Source: Candidatus Culexmicrobium cathedralense
GTDB lineage: Archaea > Thermoproteota > Methanomethylicia > Culexarchaeales > Culexmicrobiaceae
Assembly (NCBI GenBank): GCA_025061115.1
Contig: JANZKC010000001.1
Location: forward strand, 256,001 to 320,000
DNA: 64,000 nt
Direction: 5' to 3'
Shown: in pieces, positions 9,664 to 20,145 of the stretch
Position numbering within the stretch: the stretch's first letter is position 1
Layout of the letters: each line of letters opens with the position of its first letter
The notes under the pieces: model-generated
The model's input: only the letters and a program-made list of their open reading frames with translations
Databases searched by the model: none
What the model was told of the DNA's origin: nothing
Position numbers and translations under genes: made by a program

Positions 9664-10632
9664 TCACAAAGAGAAGCGCGGCCACAACTTAAGCTTGCGG
9701 CCAGCCAAGTAGGTTAACGTTTGAATCCAACCACCTAAACCGCCAAAAATTCTCCTCAAATTTTCTCTCAAACATAAATGTTTAAGGCTTAGAGGACAGA
9801 TAGGAGCTTGCAGTACATTGCTCTCATTAATGTTGCAAGCATATTTTAAGCACAATTGCTTAACGGGAACTCTAAATTCCCTAGCCCAGCCAAAATACTT
9901 AGCAGCCCTAGCTAAGTGAACATCAACTGGAATCACGCTTGCCTCACATCTAGTAAATAGGATTGTAGCATCAGCTACTTTCGGCCCAACCCCCCAGCAC
10001 ACCATTAGTTTCCTTCTGAGAATAGGTGGTGGCAAATTAAGTGGCAAATAGTCGTAAAGCTTCAAGTAGCTTTCCAAAGTTCTTTTCAAATTACAAATTT
10101 GATAGCTTGAACCAACAAGCAATAACTTACTTTGATTAGAGCTTGCCAAAGCCTTGAAATCGCACTTAAACAACTTCCAAATTCTATAAACCCAATTTTT
10201 AACGAAAACTTCGTAGTTCGCTCTCTTAGAAAGAACCGCTCCAATAAATATGCAGTTAAAATCCCTTGGAGAAACAGCCAATCTAACGCCTGGAAACCGA
10301 GTTGCAAGAAACTCCACTGAACTTCTAACTGAGCGCGGAAGACTGCTAATCATATCTTCAAAGGGCTTGCTCCACAATCCAGACTCCAACATAACTTCTT
10401 CAATAAGTAAGTTGCGATCCAATTCAACCATGCACTTTGCTATAAGCTTTCCACCAACCTGCCTAAATTTAAGGTTGCCAGCTAGAAAACCAGCGACCTT
10501 AATCCACCAATCACCCTCCCGCCTATACAAGCTTGATAGGAATGATGGCTTCATAGTCAACTCCAAATTATATGGCAATTCAGCTTCAACTTCAATTATC
10601 ATCAAATATACTAGCAACCTTAATTTACTCAA
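9664..10632 (-). CDS. HhH-GPD superfamily DNA glycosylase (Ogg/AlkA-like)
   Basis: WGVGPKVAD HhH motif, PVDVH, Cys-rich C-terminus, GGWIQTLTY; true start may be about 10602. Confidence 0.78.
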   Translation of the reverse strand: MSKLRLLVYLMIIEVEAELPYNLELTMKPSFLSSLYRREGDWWIKVAGFLAGNLKFRQVGGKLIAKCMVELDRNLLIEEVMLESGLWSKPFEDMISSLPRSVRSSVEFLATRFPGVRLAVSPRDFNCIFIGAVLSKRANYEVFVKNWVYRIWKLFKCDFKALASSNQSKLLLVGSSYQICNLKRTLESYLKLYDYLPLNLPPPILRRKLMVCWGVGPKVADATILFTRCEASVIPVDVHLARAAKYFGWAREFRVPVKQLCLKYACNINESNVLQAPICPLSLKHLCLRENLRRIFGGLGGWIQTLTYLAGRKLKLWPRFSL

Positions 10633-10661
10633 ACTTTACTAGCCTAATATGGCGCACGTTG

Positions 10662-11429
10662 ATGACGGATCCATTCGACCCAATAAAGCTATCTGAAGCT
10701 ACAGAAAGAATAGTCGTTAGAGGAAGCAAGAGAAAGTACTACCGAGTAGCTAGAGGTGGAAGATGGTATGGAGGAATTGCAACTGCAGACTGCTGCGGAT
10801 GCAATTTAAGATGCATATTCTGCTGGAGCGGATATCCAAGAGATAGACCTGACAAAGTTGGAAAATTCCAATCCCCAGAGCAAATATATGAATCATTGGA
10901 CAGCTGCGCCAAGCGCAGAGGATACAGATTAATTAGAGTTAGCGGAAATGAACCGACAATTGGAAAAGAACACCTACTTAAACTTCTCGAACTAGTCGAT
11001 ACGGAGGGTAAATACCTCTTCATACTTGAGACGAATGGAATACTTTTAGGGTACGATAAGCTTTATGCGAAGCAGCTATCAAAATACAAGAACATTCACG
11101 TGAGAGTTTCACTTAAAGGTACAATGCCGCAGGAATTTTCAAAATTAACTGGAGCTAAGCCGGAGGCATACAACTACCAATTAATGGCTCTGCAAAACTT
11201 GCTAGATTATGGAGTTAAGTGCCACCCTGCAGTTATGCTGTCATTCTCAACCAAGAAGAATCTAAAAAACCTAATCATGAGGCTGATGGAAATTGACCCA
11301 ATTCTAGTGGATGAACTTGAAGAGGAGTACGTCTTCCTATACCCACACGTTGTAGAGAGACTTAAAAAGGCTGGAATAAATCCGAACATAGCGTACAGCC
11401 CAAGAGGCATCCCAAAAGAACTCATTTAA
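10662..11429 (+). CDS. Radical SAM protein
   Basis: CNLRCIFC, SGNEPT, LETNG; likely start MTDPFDP (ORF track begins 10572). Confidence 0.85.
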   Translation: MTDPFDPIKLSEATERIVVRGSKRKYYRVARGGRWYGGIATADCCGCNLRCIFCWSGYPRDRPDKVGKFQSPEQIYESLDSCAKRRGYRLIRVSGNEPTIGKEHLLKLLELVDTEGKYLFILETNGILLGYDKLYAKQLSKYKNIHVRVSLKGTMPQEFSKLTGAKPEAYNYQLMALQNLLDYGVKCHPAVMLSFSTKKNLKNLIMRLMEIDPILVDELEEEYVFLYPHVVERLKKAGINPNIAYSPRGIPKELI

Positions 11430-11432
11430 AGG

Positions 11433-12050
11433 TTAAGAGTGATGGCTGCCCGTAGATTCAGGATGCTTAATTATTTTTGAGCCAATGAGCGAATTGCATG
11501 GAATTAACGCTACTTTACCATCATCCTGCCTCACAATTACGAATAGAGAAGTAACATCCTCCACAACTCCCACAACACCCGCAGCTTCAATTTTATCACC
11601 AATCTTGAATGGCCTAGCAATTAAAAGCAGAATTCCAGCCATCACCTGACCCAAAACTTTCTGCGAAGCAAAGCCAACAACCATTCCAATAAAACCTCCA
11701 AGAGCAACACCAGCAGTCGGCGATGAAAGAGAGCCGGCAATCACAGCAACCATAGCACCAATACCTACAATTCTAAAAAGGCTTCTAACTGCAGCAGCAG
11801 TAGAATGCTCATACTTCAACCTCATTGCCCAATAAGTTGCATTTGAAAAAGCGTGAACTATAAGGTAGCCGAAGCCAAGTGCCAATAAAATGTCGACATA
11901 AATTTTATACTCAATTATATCGGCGAAGTACTGGGCGACCAAAGATTCACTAAACAAGTATTGAATAAAGGCAGCTGAAAGCACGTATCCAACCGCTAGC
12001 AACACCAGCTTAGCAACAGCTCTTCTAAAATCCGCCGCCAATTCAGACAC
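11433..12050 (-). CDS. Small mechanosensitive channel MscS family
   Basis: GFASQKVLGQVMAG...RPFKIGDKIE...IPC. Confidence 0.88.
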   Translation of the reverse strand: MSELAADFRRAVAKLVLLAVGYVLSAAFIQYLFSESLVAQYFADIIEYKIYVDILLALGFGYLIVHAFSNATYWAMRLKYEHSTAAAVRSLFRIVGIGAMVAVIAGSLSSPTAGVALGGFIGMVVGFASQKVLGQVMAGILLLIARPFKIGDKIEAAGVVGVVEDVTSLFVIVRQDDGKVALIPCNSLIGSKIIKHPESTGSHHS

Positions 12051-12161
12051 CGACTAACCATCGAAAAAGGCCAATATAAAGCTATTTCAACAGCTCTAAA
12101 CTGAACTTAATAAAATGCTTAAGTAAGTTAAAGTGGGAATCTAATTTAAGGCGGTGATAAT

Positions 12162-13529
12162 ATGGATAAGATGATATGGCGAGTTTTAAACGAAATCCCA
12201 AATTACAAGGAGTTCATGACAGTAGATGAACTAAACGAAAGCACAGAAAAATTAGTTGCTAGACATCCAAATGAGGCATCAATATTCGAGATAGGAACAG
12301 CTAGGAATGGAGAGCCGATTAAATGCTTGAAAATTGGCGGTGGAAAAATAAACGCTCTGCTATTCGCATTTCCACACCCAAACGAGCCCATAGGAAGCTT
12401 AACGCTCGAATACCTATCATGGAAGCTAGTATCAGACCAAGAATTTAGAGAAAAGATGAACACAACATGGTACATAATAAAGTGCATCGACCCATATGGA
12501 GCCAGATTAAATGAAGGATGGTTCAAAGGCGAATGGACGCCAAAGAAATACGCCTTAAACTACTATAGGCCGCCAGGATTCAAACAAGTTGAATGGACAT
12601 TCCCCATAGAATATAAAACGTTGAAATTCAACAATCCAGTTCCAGAAACCAAAGCACTAATGAAATTAATAGATGAAGTCAAACCTGATTTCATGGCCTC
12701 ACTACACAATGCAGGATTCTGCGGAGCATACTTCTACCTCTCAAATCCACTTCCAGAAATTTACAGCAAACTCCACCAAGTAGCAGCAAAATTCAACATA
12801 CCAATCCACCTAGGCGAGCCGGAAGTCCCATACGTCGTAAAGCTCGCCGATGCAATATTCAAAATGCCAACGACAGTTGAAGCATACGAATACTACGCAA
12901 AGCACTTAGAGAAAGATCCAGCCGAAATCATCAAAAGCGGAGCAAGCAGCGACGAATATGCAAAGAAAGTTAATGAAAAAGTATTAACAGTCGTCTGCGA
13001 AGTCCCATACATCTACGACGAAAGAGTAGCAAATACAACTCCAATTGGAGTAAAGCGCAGAGACATAATACTACTTGGAATCCGAAAAAGCAGAAATCTA
13101 CTGAAAAAACTTCGAAAAAGGCTTATAGAAGTTGAGCCCCACGTAAATAAGGAATCACCCTTCTACGAATCACTATCCGAATTCATAAGGCTAGGCATCC
13201 AATCCCTCAAAGCCGAAGAAAACTGGGTCAAAAAGGATCCATCAACCGACAGGCAAGCAACAGTCTCAGAAGCCTTCGACTCAATAGCATCAAGAGTATA
13301 CTTCTATGGAATGCTAAGAGTAGGATTATTCTACAGACTCGTCAAAGAAAAAGTGAAAGAAGCCAAGGAATTAAAGAAACACTACAAATGGGCATACAGA
13401 AAAATTGACTACATGGAATATGAATTCAAAAAACTCTCAGACTACAAGGTAATACCAATTAAGAACCTCATCGGAGTCCAACTTGGAACAATACTCTACA
13501 CACTCTCAACAAAAATCAAGCAGACCTAA
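12162..13529 (+). CDS. M14 family zinc carboxypeptidase
   Basis: HPNE zinc motif, PETKA, SLHN. Confidence 0.85.
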   Translation: MDKMIWRVLNEIPNYKEFMTVDELNESTEKLVARHPNEASIFEIGTARNGEPIKCLKIGGGKINALLFAFPHPNEPIGSLTLEYLSWKLVSDQEFREKMNTTWYIIKCIDPYGARLNEGWFKGEWTPKKYALNYYRPPGFKQVEWTFPIEYKTLKFNNPVPETKALMKLIDEVKPDFMASLHNAGFCGAYFYLSNPLPEIYSKLHQVAAKFNIPIHLGEPEVPYVVKLADAIFKMPTTVEAYEYYAKHLEKDPAEIIKSGASSDEYAKKVNEKVLTVVCEVPYIYDERVANTTPIGVKRRDIILLGIRKSRNLLKKLRKRLIEVEPHVNKESPFYESLSEFIRLGIQSLKAEENWVKKDPSTDRQATVSEAFDSIASRVYFYGMLRVGLFYRLVKEKVKEAKELKKHYKWAYRKIDYMEYEFKKLSDYKVIPIKNLIGVQLGTILYTLSTKIKQT

Positions 13530-13727
13530 AACCATGAGCCTTATTTCCCCACACCATGAAAACACCCTACTATCCTACAACACACATTCCAAACCACTTA
13601 TCAATTTGAAATCAATTAACATAGGAACCAACTCCACCCTTTATTTAAAACAAGAATCACAATTATAATTCAAATATATTAAATATACTAAGATTATTTT
13701 GAAATAATTTTGGATTAATAAGATAAT

Positions 13728-13820
13728 ATGATGACGTGCCGATTCGGTTCACTTCATAACTGAGACGTAAATGGATCTGATGATCTATTAATGATTTGGC
13801 GCATTTGCCTTAATCGCTGA
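13728..13820 (+). ncRNA. Possible box C/D-like sRNA (atypical spacing)
   Basis: ATGATGA 13728, CTGA 13760, CTGATGA 13777, CTGA 13817 in a GC-richer intergenic patch. Confidence 0.3.
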
Positions 13821-13825
13821 AATGA

Positions 13826-15577
13826 TTATCCTACTCCTCCACCGCCACCTCCAGCTCCGCCTGCTGCGCCACCCGCCCCTGCTACACCGCCAACAACTCC
13901 TCCACCCATAGCTCTTACAGATGGTGGCAGCCCCTTGAATGCAGTTTCAATTGCATTTGAGAAGCTCTCAATGAATGCATTAAAATTCAGGGTAGGTTTA
14001 CCAACCTCAGCATTAACGGATCTTGAGGTGTATATGAACCAGTATGGCCAAAAGATGGATGGGATGTAGGGGCTCCACGATGAAGCCCAAATGGTAAATC
14101 TAATTGGATTTATAGCAATCATAATTGGTAGTGAAGACTCAAAAACGCTCTTAACATCTCCTGCAGCTTCAACCTCCTTAGGATTTAACCTTGAAATTCT
14201 ATTAATGTAGGCGTTCCACAACTTCAATTCTTTAGCACCCTTAACAGTATAATTAGTGAAGAGGAAGCCAACTATAGTTATGGGTACGCCGGACAACGCT
14301 AGGCCAATAAGAAGCCATTTAAAGCACCTGATAAAGTAACCGATGAATCTAAATGATGGAGCCAACGCAGCACCAATAAGCAATATTAAAATGCTTAAAA
14401 GCGATACTGCTATGCCTGCCAGCATAATTTTAAATCTAAACTTGCTAGGCTTAGAGCGGAAGTATCCAGCTTTAACGAGCTCATCCTCAATCATGTCTCC
14501 AATCCGCTTAATTCTACTCCAATGCTCACCCAGCTTTTTAGAGTTGCCAGCTTCATGAGCTAGCTTTAATATTTCAATTTCAAAGGGCTTTAATTTACTT
14601 CGACGCTCAATAGCACTTAAACCTTCATCTGTCAACTTAAACTTCAGGACATCTCCATCATACTCAATAACTAAAAAGCCCCTCCTAGCTAGGTCTATTA
14701 AAGTGGATAGCACTTGACTGTAATTGAATGAGCGCTTAATTAGAAATGCAGCCTCTGCAGGTTTCAAGTTAGAAGGCGCAATTCCAAGTGAAATTAAGCC
14801 TTCATTAACATTAACCTTTGGAGGTCTGCCCCTAAAAAGCCATAATCCAAGCATAACGATCATGGAGCAAAGCAAAATGACGAGAGAAGATGCAGGATGC
14901 TCCTTAAAGAAGTAGTAGTACTTGACAGGCGGATCATAAATCTTGGGAAAAATCACAATAACCCTATAGCCAGTGTGCGGTGGAAGTAAATGATGGGTAA
15001 AGGTTATTCTCGTAATATCGTCAACGTACTTTATTGACGTTGGCTCCGGGCTAACACTTAAAAGTGGACTTTCAATGAAGTTTCCGGGCAAATCGATGGT
15101 GACATTTACATTGCCGATAGGAACTTCCCAATCAAGACCAACTGCAAGCCAATCAATCATATTCTGACTTTGACTCGGAGCTGTAATTGCTCCATAAACC
15201 CTATATTTAATAATGAAGGTAATGTTAGCCGGAGCACGTATGGATTTATAGCGCCAATTTATATCCAAACTATCAACTTTATATGTAACTTCATAAGTTA
15301 ATGGCAAGCCTTCTGCGCACTCAACACCGAGAACTTCAATGTCGTCAATGCCTGTAAATGGAATCGACCTCCAACCCCTACTAAAGATGCCATGAATCAA
15401 GTTAAACTGAATTTCCTCGGTCACGTCAAAAAAGCCGTCAGAGTAAACGTTAATGTGAACATTAATGTAATTTACTTCATAAACTTTTAAGGAGCAGAAA
15501 ACCATGCTGCTTTGAACTATCAGCAGAAATAGAGCTGACATCAACAAGGCAGCTAGACAAATGCGCATTCTATTCAT
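13826..15577 (-). CDS. DUF2207 family membrane protein
   Basis: Signal peptide, extracellular beta domain, TLIDLARRGFL, Gly-rich GGGGGG tail. Confidence 0.88.
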   Translation of the reverse strand: MNRMRICLAALLMSALFLLIVQSSMVFCSLKVYEVNYINVHINVYSDGFFDVTEEIQFNLIHGIFSRGWRSIPFTGIDDIEVLGVECAEGLPLTYEVTYKVDSLDINWRYKSIRAPANITFIIKYRVYGAITAPSQSQNMIDWLAVGLDWEVPIGNVNVTIDLPGNFIESPLLSVSPEPTSIKYVDDITRITFTHHLLPPHTGYRVIVIFPKIYDPPVKYYYFFKEHPASSLVILLCSMIVMLGLWLFRGRPPKVNVNEGLISLGIAPSNLKPAEAAFLIKRSFNYSQVLSTLIDLARRGFLVIEYDGDVLKFKLTDEGLSAIERRSKLKPFEIEILKLAHEAGNSKKLGEHWSRIKRIGDMIEDELVKAGYFRSKPSKFRFKIMLAGIAVSLLSILILLIGAALAPSFRFIGYFIRCFKWLLIGLALSGVPITIVGFLFTNYTVKGAKELKLWNAYINRISRLNPKEVEAAGDVKSVFESSLPIMIAINPIRFTIWASSWSPYIPSIFWPYWFIYTSRSVNAEVGKPTLNFNAFIESFSNAIETAFKGLPPSVRAMGGGVVGGVAGAGGAAGGAGGGGGGVG

Positions 15578-15629
15578 TTCAATAATGAAATTGGAAATCG
15601 ATTAATAAACATTTTCGTCATTAACATAA

Positions 15630-16832
15630 ATGGTGCTTAATTTGAGCACGCCAGACATGGAAATCAGAGGCAAAGTATACTTAACTAAAGAAGGCTCAAA
15701 GCTAGTTGCAAATGGAGAGCTCAACATTTACAGCCAGTGGATCAGAAAAGTTGAAGGAAAACCTCCAAGGGGAAGCTTAGTCGAAATATTTGATTTGGAA
15801 GAAAAACGTCTAGGCAAAGGATTCTACGAAAATATTGGAGCAATAGGGGTTCGCCTACTCAGCTATGAAGATGAACCGATAACGCTTCAAACAATAATTG
15901 ACAGAATATGTAAAGCAGAAAAATTTAGGAAAGAAAGGTTAAGACTAAGAAGCTTCTACAGAATAATAAATGCTGATGGAGACTTAATGCCAGGAATGAT
16001 TGTTGACAAATATGAAGACATAATTGTAATTCAAAGCAGCAGTATTGGCTTCGACAAAATACTAGAACCGCTTGCAAAGGCGATCTTAAGGGAATTAAAT
16101 GCGCAGACAGTATACGCCAAAAACGATCAGAGATCTCGAAGAGAAGTGGGATTGAATGTTTGGAGAGGCACGATAGCTGGAGAGAGGAAAACTAGAACAT
16201 TAGTGGAGGAAGGAGCAGCAAAATTCTATGTGGATGTGGAAAAAGGACAGAAAACAGGATTCTTCATAGATCAAAGATACAATAGAATTGAACTTGAGAA
16301 ATACGTGAGCGAAGGAGACAAAGTGCTAGACCTATACAGTTATACCGGAGGATTTGGAATTCACGCCGCTGTAAAGAAGGCAAATGTAGTTATGGTGGAA
16401 GAGTCAAATTATGCCATATGCGAAGCGAAGAGGAATGCTAAGCTAAATGAAGTTCTGGACAGGTGCAAGATAATATGTGGAAGAGTAGAAACCTACCTTG
16501 AAGAATCCAACGAGAAGTTCGATATCGTAATCGCAGATCCACCAGCATTAATACAAAGCAGAGAAAGGAAGAAAGAAGGCTTAATAGCATACTTGAATCT
16601 ATACGAAGCTGCAATCAATAAAGTTAAGAGCGGCGGATTGCTCGTAGCCTCAAGCTGCAGCTACTTCATCAATGAAGAGGAATTCATGAAAATTATTTGG
16701 AAAGCAGCCAGAAGGGCTGAAAGAAACCTAAAGTTGGCAGGAAAAGTTAGAGGGACATCGCCATGCCACGCAGCTAGGCCAAGAGACAAGCACTTAATGT
16801 ACCTAAAAGTAGCATTTGCAATAGTAAATTAA
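15630..16832 (+). CDS. PUA-domain SAM-dependent rRNA m5C methyltransferase (RlmI-like)
   Basis: GQKTGFFIDQR, DLYSYTGGF, DPP, SSCS, YLK. Confidence 0.9.
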   Translation: MVLNLSTPDMEIRGKVYLTKEGSKLVANGELNIYSQWIRKVEGKPPRGSLVEIFDLEEKRLGKGFYENIGAIGVRLLSYEDEPITLQTIIDRICKAEKFRKERLRLRSFYRIINADGDLMPGMIVDKYEDIIVIQSSSIGFDKILEPLAKAILRELNAQTVYAKNDQRSRREVGLNVWRGTIAGERKTRTLVEEGAAKFYVDVEKGQKTGFFIDQRYNRIELEKYVSEGDKVLDLYSYTGGFGIHAAVKKANVVMVEESNYAICEAKRNAKLNEVLDRCKIICGRVETYLEESNEKFDIVIADPPALIQSRERKKEGLIAYLNLYEAAINKVKSGGLLVASSCSYFINEEEFMKIIWKAARRAERNLKLAGKVRGTSPCHAARPRDKHLMYLKVAFAIVN

Positions 16833-16884
16833 ATTGCAAAATTATAAAATTCAAAGCTCAGAATAGATTAGAGACGGTGATAAC

Positions 16885-17226
16885 TTGTCTGAAACCCAAC
16901 AACTATTCGATGTAAAAGAGTTCTGGAAATTCAAGATGAGAGTTGGATTAATCAAAAAAGCTGAACGAATACCAAGAACTAGAAAGCTTATCAAACTTGA
17001 AGTAGACTTCGGAGACGAAAATAGAACGGTAGTTGCAGGAATAGGCGATCAATACGCTCCAGAAGACCTGGCTGGAAAGAAGATGATATTTGTAACAAAC
17101 CTCAAGCCAAAGAAGATTGCTGGCATCGAAAGTCAAGCAATGCTAATAGTAGCTGAAGATGAGCATGAAAGAGTCTACTTGATCACCGTAGGCGAAGACG
17201 TGCCGATTGGAGTTAAAGTTTGGTAA
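16885..17226 (+). CDS. tRNA-binding OB-fold protein (Trbp111/CsaA/MetRS C-terminal like)
   Basis: VDFGDENRTVVAGI, NLKPKKIAGIESQAM. Confidence 0.9.
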   Translation: MSETQQLFDVKEFWKFKMRVGLIKKAERIPRTRKLIKLEVDFGDENRTVVAGIGDQYAPEDLAGKKMIFVTNLKPKKIAGIESQAMLIVAEDEHERVYLITVGEDVPIGVKVW

Positions 17227-17227
17227 A

Positions 17228-17560
17228 CTAATTTCTCAACCTCCACCTATCCACATCCCTCTCAGTATACTTCGTAATAACCTTCCAAAAAGCATCCTCC
17301 AAATTTACTCCATAATAATTTGCAATACATATAACTGCAAAAATAATGTCAGCCAACTCCAATTCAAAATCAACTCCAACCTCACCCTCCTTCCTCCTCT
17401 TAGGACCTTCCAAGGCGTTAAGCTCCCTAGCAAGCTCCCCAATCTCCTCAACAAGAGCAGCCAGCATAGAGAGGGGAGGCCAATAACCTCCTCCAAGCTC
17501 CCTAATCCACTCATCAACAATGCGCTGAGCCTCACCAAAAGTTAAGCCGCGCGACTTCAT
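17228..17560 (-). CDS. MazG-like nucleotide pyrophosphohydrolase
   Basis: EEIGELAR...ELADI...AN. Confidence 0.9.
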   Translation of the reverse strand: MKSRGLTFGEAQRIVDEWIRELGGGYWPPLSMLAALVEEIGELARELNALEGPKRRKEGEVGVDFELELADIIFAVICIANYYGVNLEDAFWKVITKYTERDVDRWRLRN

Positions 17561-17601
17561 TCACATCACCAAGAAGAGTATAGCATACTAGGCAAATTAC
17601 T

Positions 17602-18093
17602 TTAACTTAAAAGCTCCAACAAGTAAGCAAGCTTAGAAATTGATCCCCGACTGAAAATAAAAGCGCGAGGCATCAATCCAACCTTCAACTTAAAAGTTGA
17701 ATTCTCAAAATCAACTTCTAAGCGCTTAATATCATCAAGCCAAATGCAGTAGCTATGCCTCCTACTCGAAACAACCTTATCGAGCTTCCTAGAAGAAATT
17801 CTGCAATAAACAGGCAAAAACACCAAAAGCTCAGATTCACCCATCGAATCAAGCGAAAACTCGAAAGAAACACCAGGCAATCCAAAAAAGAATGAACCAA
17901 TCAAGCTAGCCAATAAAGCCCTGCCTAAAATCTTTAGCTTCCCTACTTTAGGAAGAAAATCTTTATGATATATAAGGGCAAACCTACTTTCAGTTAAAAT
18001 AACAATATAAATTTTATAGTTTAAGTAACTAATACCTCTAGCAATTGCAGGAAAAATAGCTAAAACAGTTTCTTCACCCAATACATTCACCAA
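17602..18093 (-). CDS. Hypothetical protein, possible PH-like fold with hydrophobic insert
   Basis: VILTESRF...IWLDDIKRLEV pattern; central hydrophobic segment. Confidence 0.55.
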   Translation of the reverse strand: MVNVLGEETVLAIFPAIARGISYLNYKIYIVILTESRFALIYHKDFLPKVGKLKILGRALLASLIGSFFFGLPGVSFEFSLDSMGESELLVFLPVYCRISSRKLDKVVSSRRHSYCIWLDDIKRLEVDFENSTFKLKVGLMPRAFIFSRGSISKLAYLLELLS

Positions 18094-18138
18094 GCCACAA
18101 CCTTACACGAAATTAAATAAAATTTTTAAAGTTACTTA

Positions 18139-19263
18139 TTAACTAATCTCTAAAACTTTAATTCCCTTTCTCCCTAAATTACGCATAAATTCATCATATA
18201 ACTTCAAATTCATGCCAATAAGTTCAGGAGGAACAAGCCCCTTATCCTGAATCCTACCATTCAAAAGCATCTTAACAATATTTGACTGAGTAAAGCCCGT
18301 AACCTTGCCCATAGCTGAGAGACCAATATCATAATCATACTCAACATCCATCAAATACCTCCTCGTAACGCCATTCCTCGATTCAGCTTCAATATACATG
18401 ATCGCCCTATCCGGAGCATCCCTAATTAGCTTTCGCTCAAGAATACTAGCCAAAACCTTTGAAAGCTTAACTCTAAAATCACCAATTAAAACCTCTTCAT
18501 CGCTGAGAAAACCAAGCTTTTTAAGCATCCTCATAATCTGCAAGTGTCCAGGATACCTCAAGGTATACTCAATTAGCTCCTCGACACCTTCAAAAGTTTT
18601 AAGCATAGTTCTAATGCCATCAGAGGCAAAATACTCGTAAACACCCAACTTCGGAATGGTAACTTCACCAGTTAAACTTAATGGATCAACCTCAACAATC
18701 TTACCACCAATAATTGCCCTAGCCCGCCGAATATACTCGTCAATCAAATCCTCAACAGACCAAGTAGCAACCAATCCAAGAGGCAAGCTCGAATCCCTAG
18801 CTAAACCTCCAACATAAATTCTAGCCTTCTTTAATCCACCAAACTTGGAGTGAAAATACCCCAAAACAATATTGCTAAGCCCAGGTGCAAACCCAGCATC
18901 AACAATTAAAGTCACATTTCTCTCAACAGCAAGCTCATGAAGAATCCAAGGATCCTCAGGAAAATAAGATACATCGACAACATTAAGCCCAAGATCCACA
19001 AGCTTATTCAAAACTCTAAACGCAATTGAGCCGGGAAGAGCAACAACAGCCAAATTAAAGCGCTTAACCCTCTCAAGCTCATCCAAATTCGAAGCATCAA
19101 TATCCAAAACATTAAAGCCGAAAACTTGAACAGCATACTTAAGCCTATGAGGATCACTATCAACAACAGTCAACTGCATATTAGAATTAAAAAAGTCAAG
19201 AGCAACAGCAAACCCAATTCTACCAAACCCAATCAAAACAACATCATTAGACAAACCAAACAC
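18139..19263 (-). CDS. Saccharopine dehydrogenase / lysine 6-dehydrogenase family
   Basis: GFGRIG Rossmann motif, DAGFAPGLSN, YVGGL, TLRYPGH. Confidence 0.88.
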   Translation of the reverse strand: MFGLSNDVVLIGFGRIGFAVALDFFNSNMQLTVVDSDPHRLKYAVQVFGFNVLDIDASNLDELERVKRFNLAVVALPGSIAFRVLNKLVDLGLNVVDVSYFPEDPWILHELAVERNVTLIVDAGFAPGLSNIVLGYFHSKFGGLKKARIYVGGLARDSSLPLGLVATWSVEDLIDEYIRRARAIIGGKIVEVDPLSLTGEVTIPKLGVYEYFASDGIRTMLKTFEGVEELIEYTLRYPGHLQIMRMLKKLGFLSDEEVLIGDFRVKLSKVLASILERKLIRDAPDRAIMYIEAESRNGVTRRYLMDVEYDYDIGLSAMGKVTGFTQSNIVKMLLNGRIQDKGLVPPELIGMNLKLYDEFMRNLGRKGIKVLEIS

Positions 19264-19583
19264 CCAAATTTAACTATAAACCAAATATAATTAAGCCTTA
19301 ATCAACAATACAGTAAATTTCAATTTACTCAAACAAACTTTAAATTAAATTGGATCATCAACAGCAGAAGAACAATGAGAATGCACCAATTTTGATAATC
19401 CATTAAGATTAACAATATTAATTGAAGAATAACTAACTACTGAACCCCCATTCGCATCAGCTAAACTCATAATAGAAGATAGTAACAATGATCAACATCA
19501 AGAACTTGTAAATTAAAATCGCATGCCAATAAAGATTTAGGCTACGATTCACTTTAAAATATTAATGTTAATGGGTGGTTCAA

Positions 19584-20012
19584 ATGAAGATTGCAGCTGG
19601 ATCCAACGACAATTATGATGTAGCGAACAGCATAGTGAATGAGCTTAAAGCCAGAGGATTTCAAGTAATAGTTCTAGGCGCACTTAAAACTGGAAAGCCA
19701 TATCCATAGCCCAAGGTTGGATTTGAAGTTGGAGAATTAGTTGCTGAAGGAGAAGCCGACTTCGGAATAGTTATCTGCTACACTGGAACTGGAGTTACAA
19801 TAGCTGCAAATAAAGTTAAGGACGTCAGGGCAACATTATGCACCGACGCTAAAAAAGCTAGAGGAACAAGAATGTGGAATGATGCAAATGCATTAGCGCT
19901 AAGTGCAAGATTGACGACCAAAGAAATGGCTAAGAAAATAATTGAGACATGGCTTGAAGCTGAAGTTGACCAATCTGAAATTCAAAATATAAAAATGATT
20001 AAAGATTATTAA
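19584..20012 (+). pseudogene. rpiB: RpiB/LacA/LacB sugar-phosphate isomerase with one in-frame TAG at 19707-19709
   Basis: Manual translation MKIAAGSND...KPYP*PKVG...ICYTGTGVTIAANKV...WNDAN...; absent from the ORF track. Confidence 0.88.
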
Positions 20013-20145
20013 CAAAAAATAGATTAATTACAATTAATAATGAAGATAATTATAATAATTTAAGTAAAAATTTTAAAAATATGACAAAGAAAAGGTAGAT
20101 GTTAAATATAGGCAGTGAATAAAATGAGTAAATGGGAGAAATGAC

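Noticed and set aside
19325-19470. 46-codon hydrophobic minus-strand ORF
   Set aside because: Explained by local skew; no RBS or motif.
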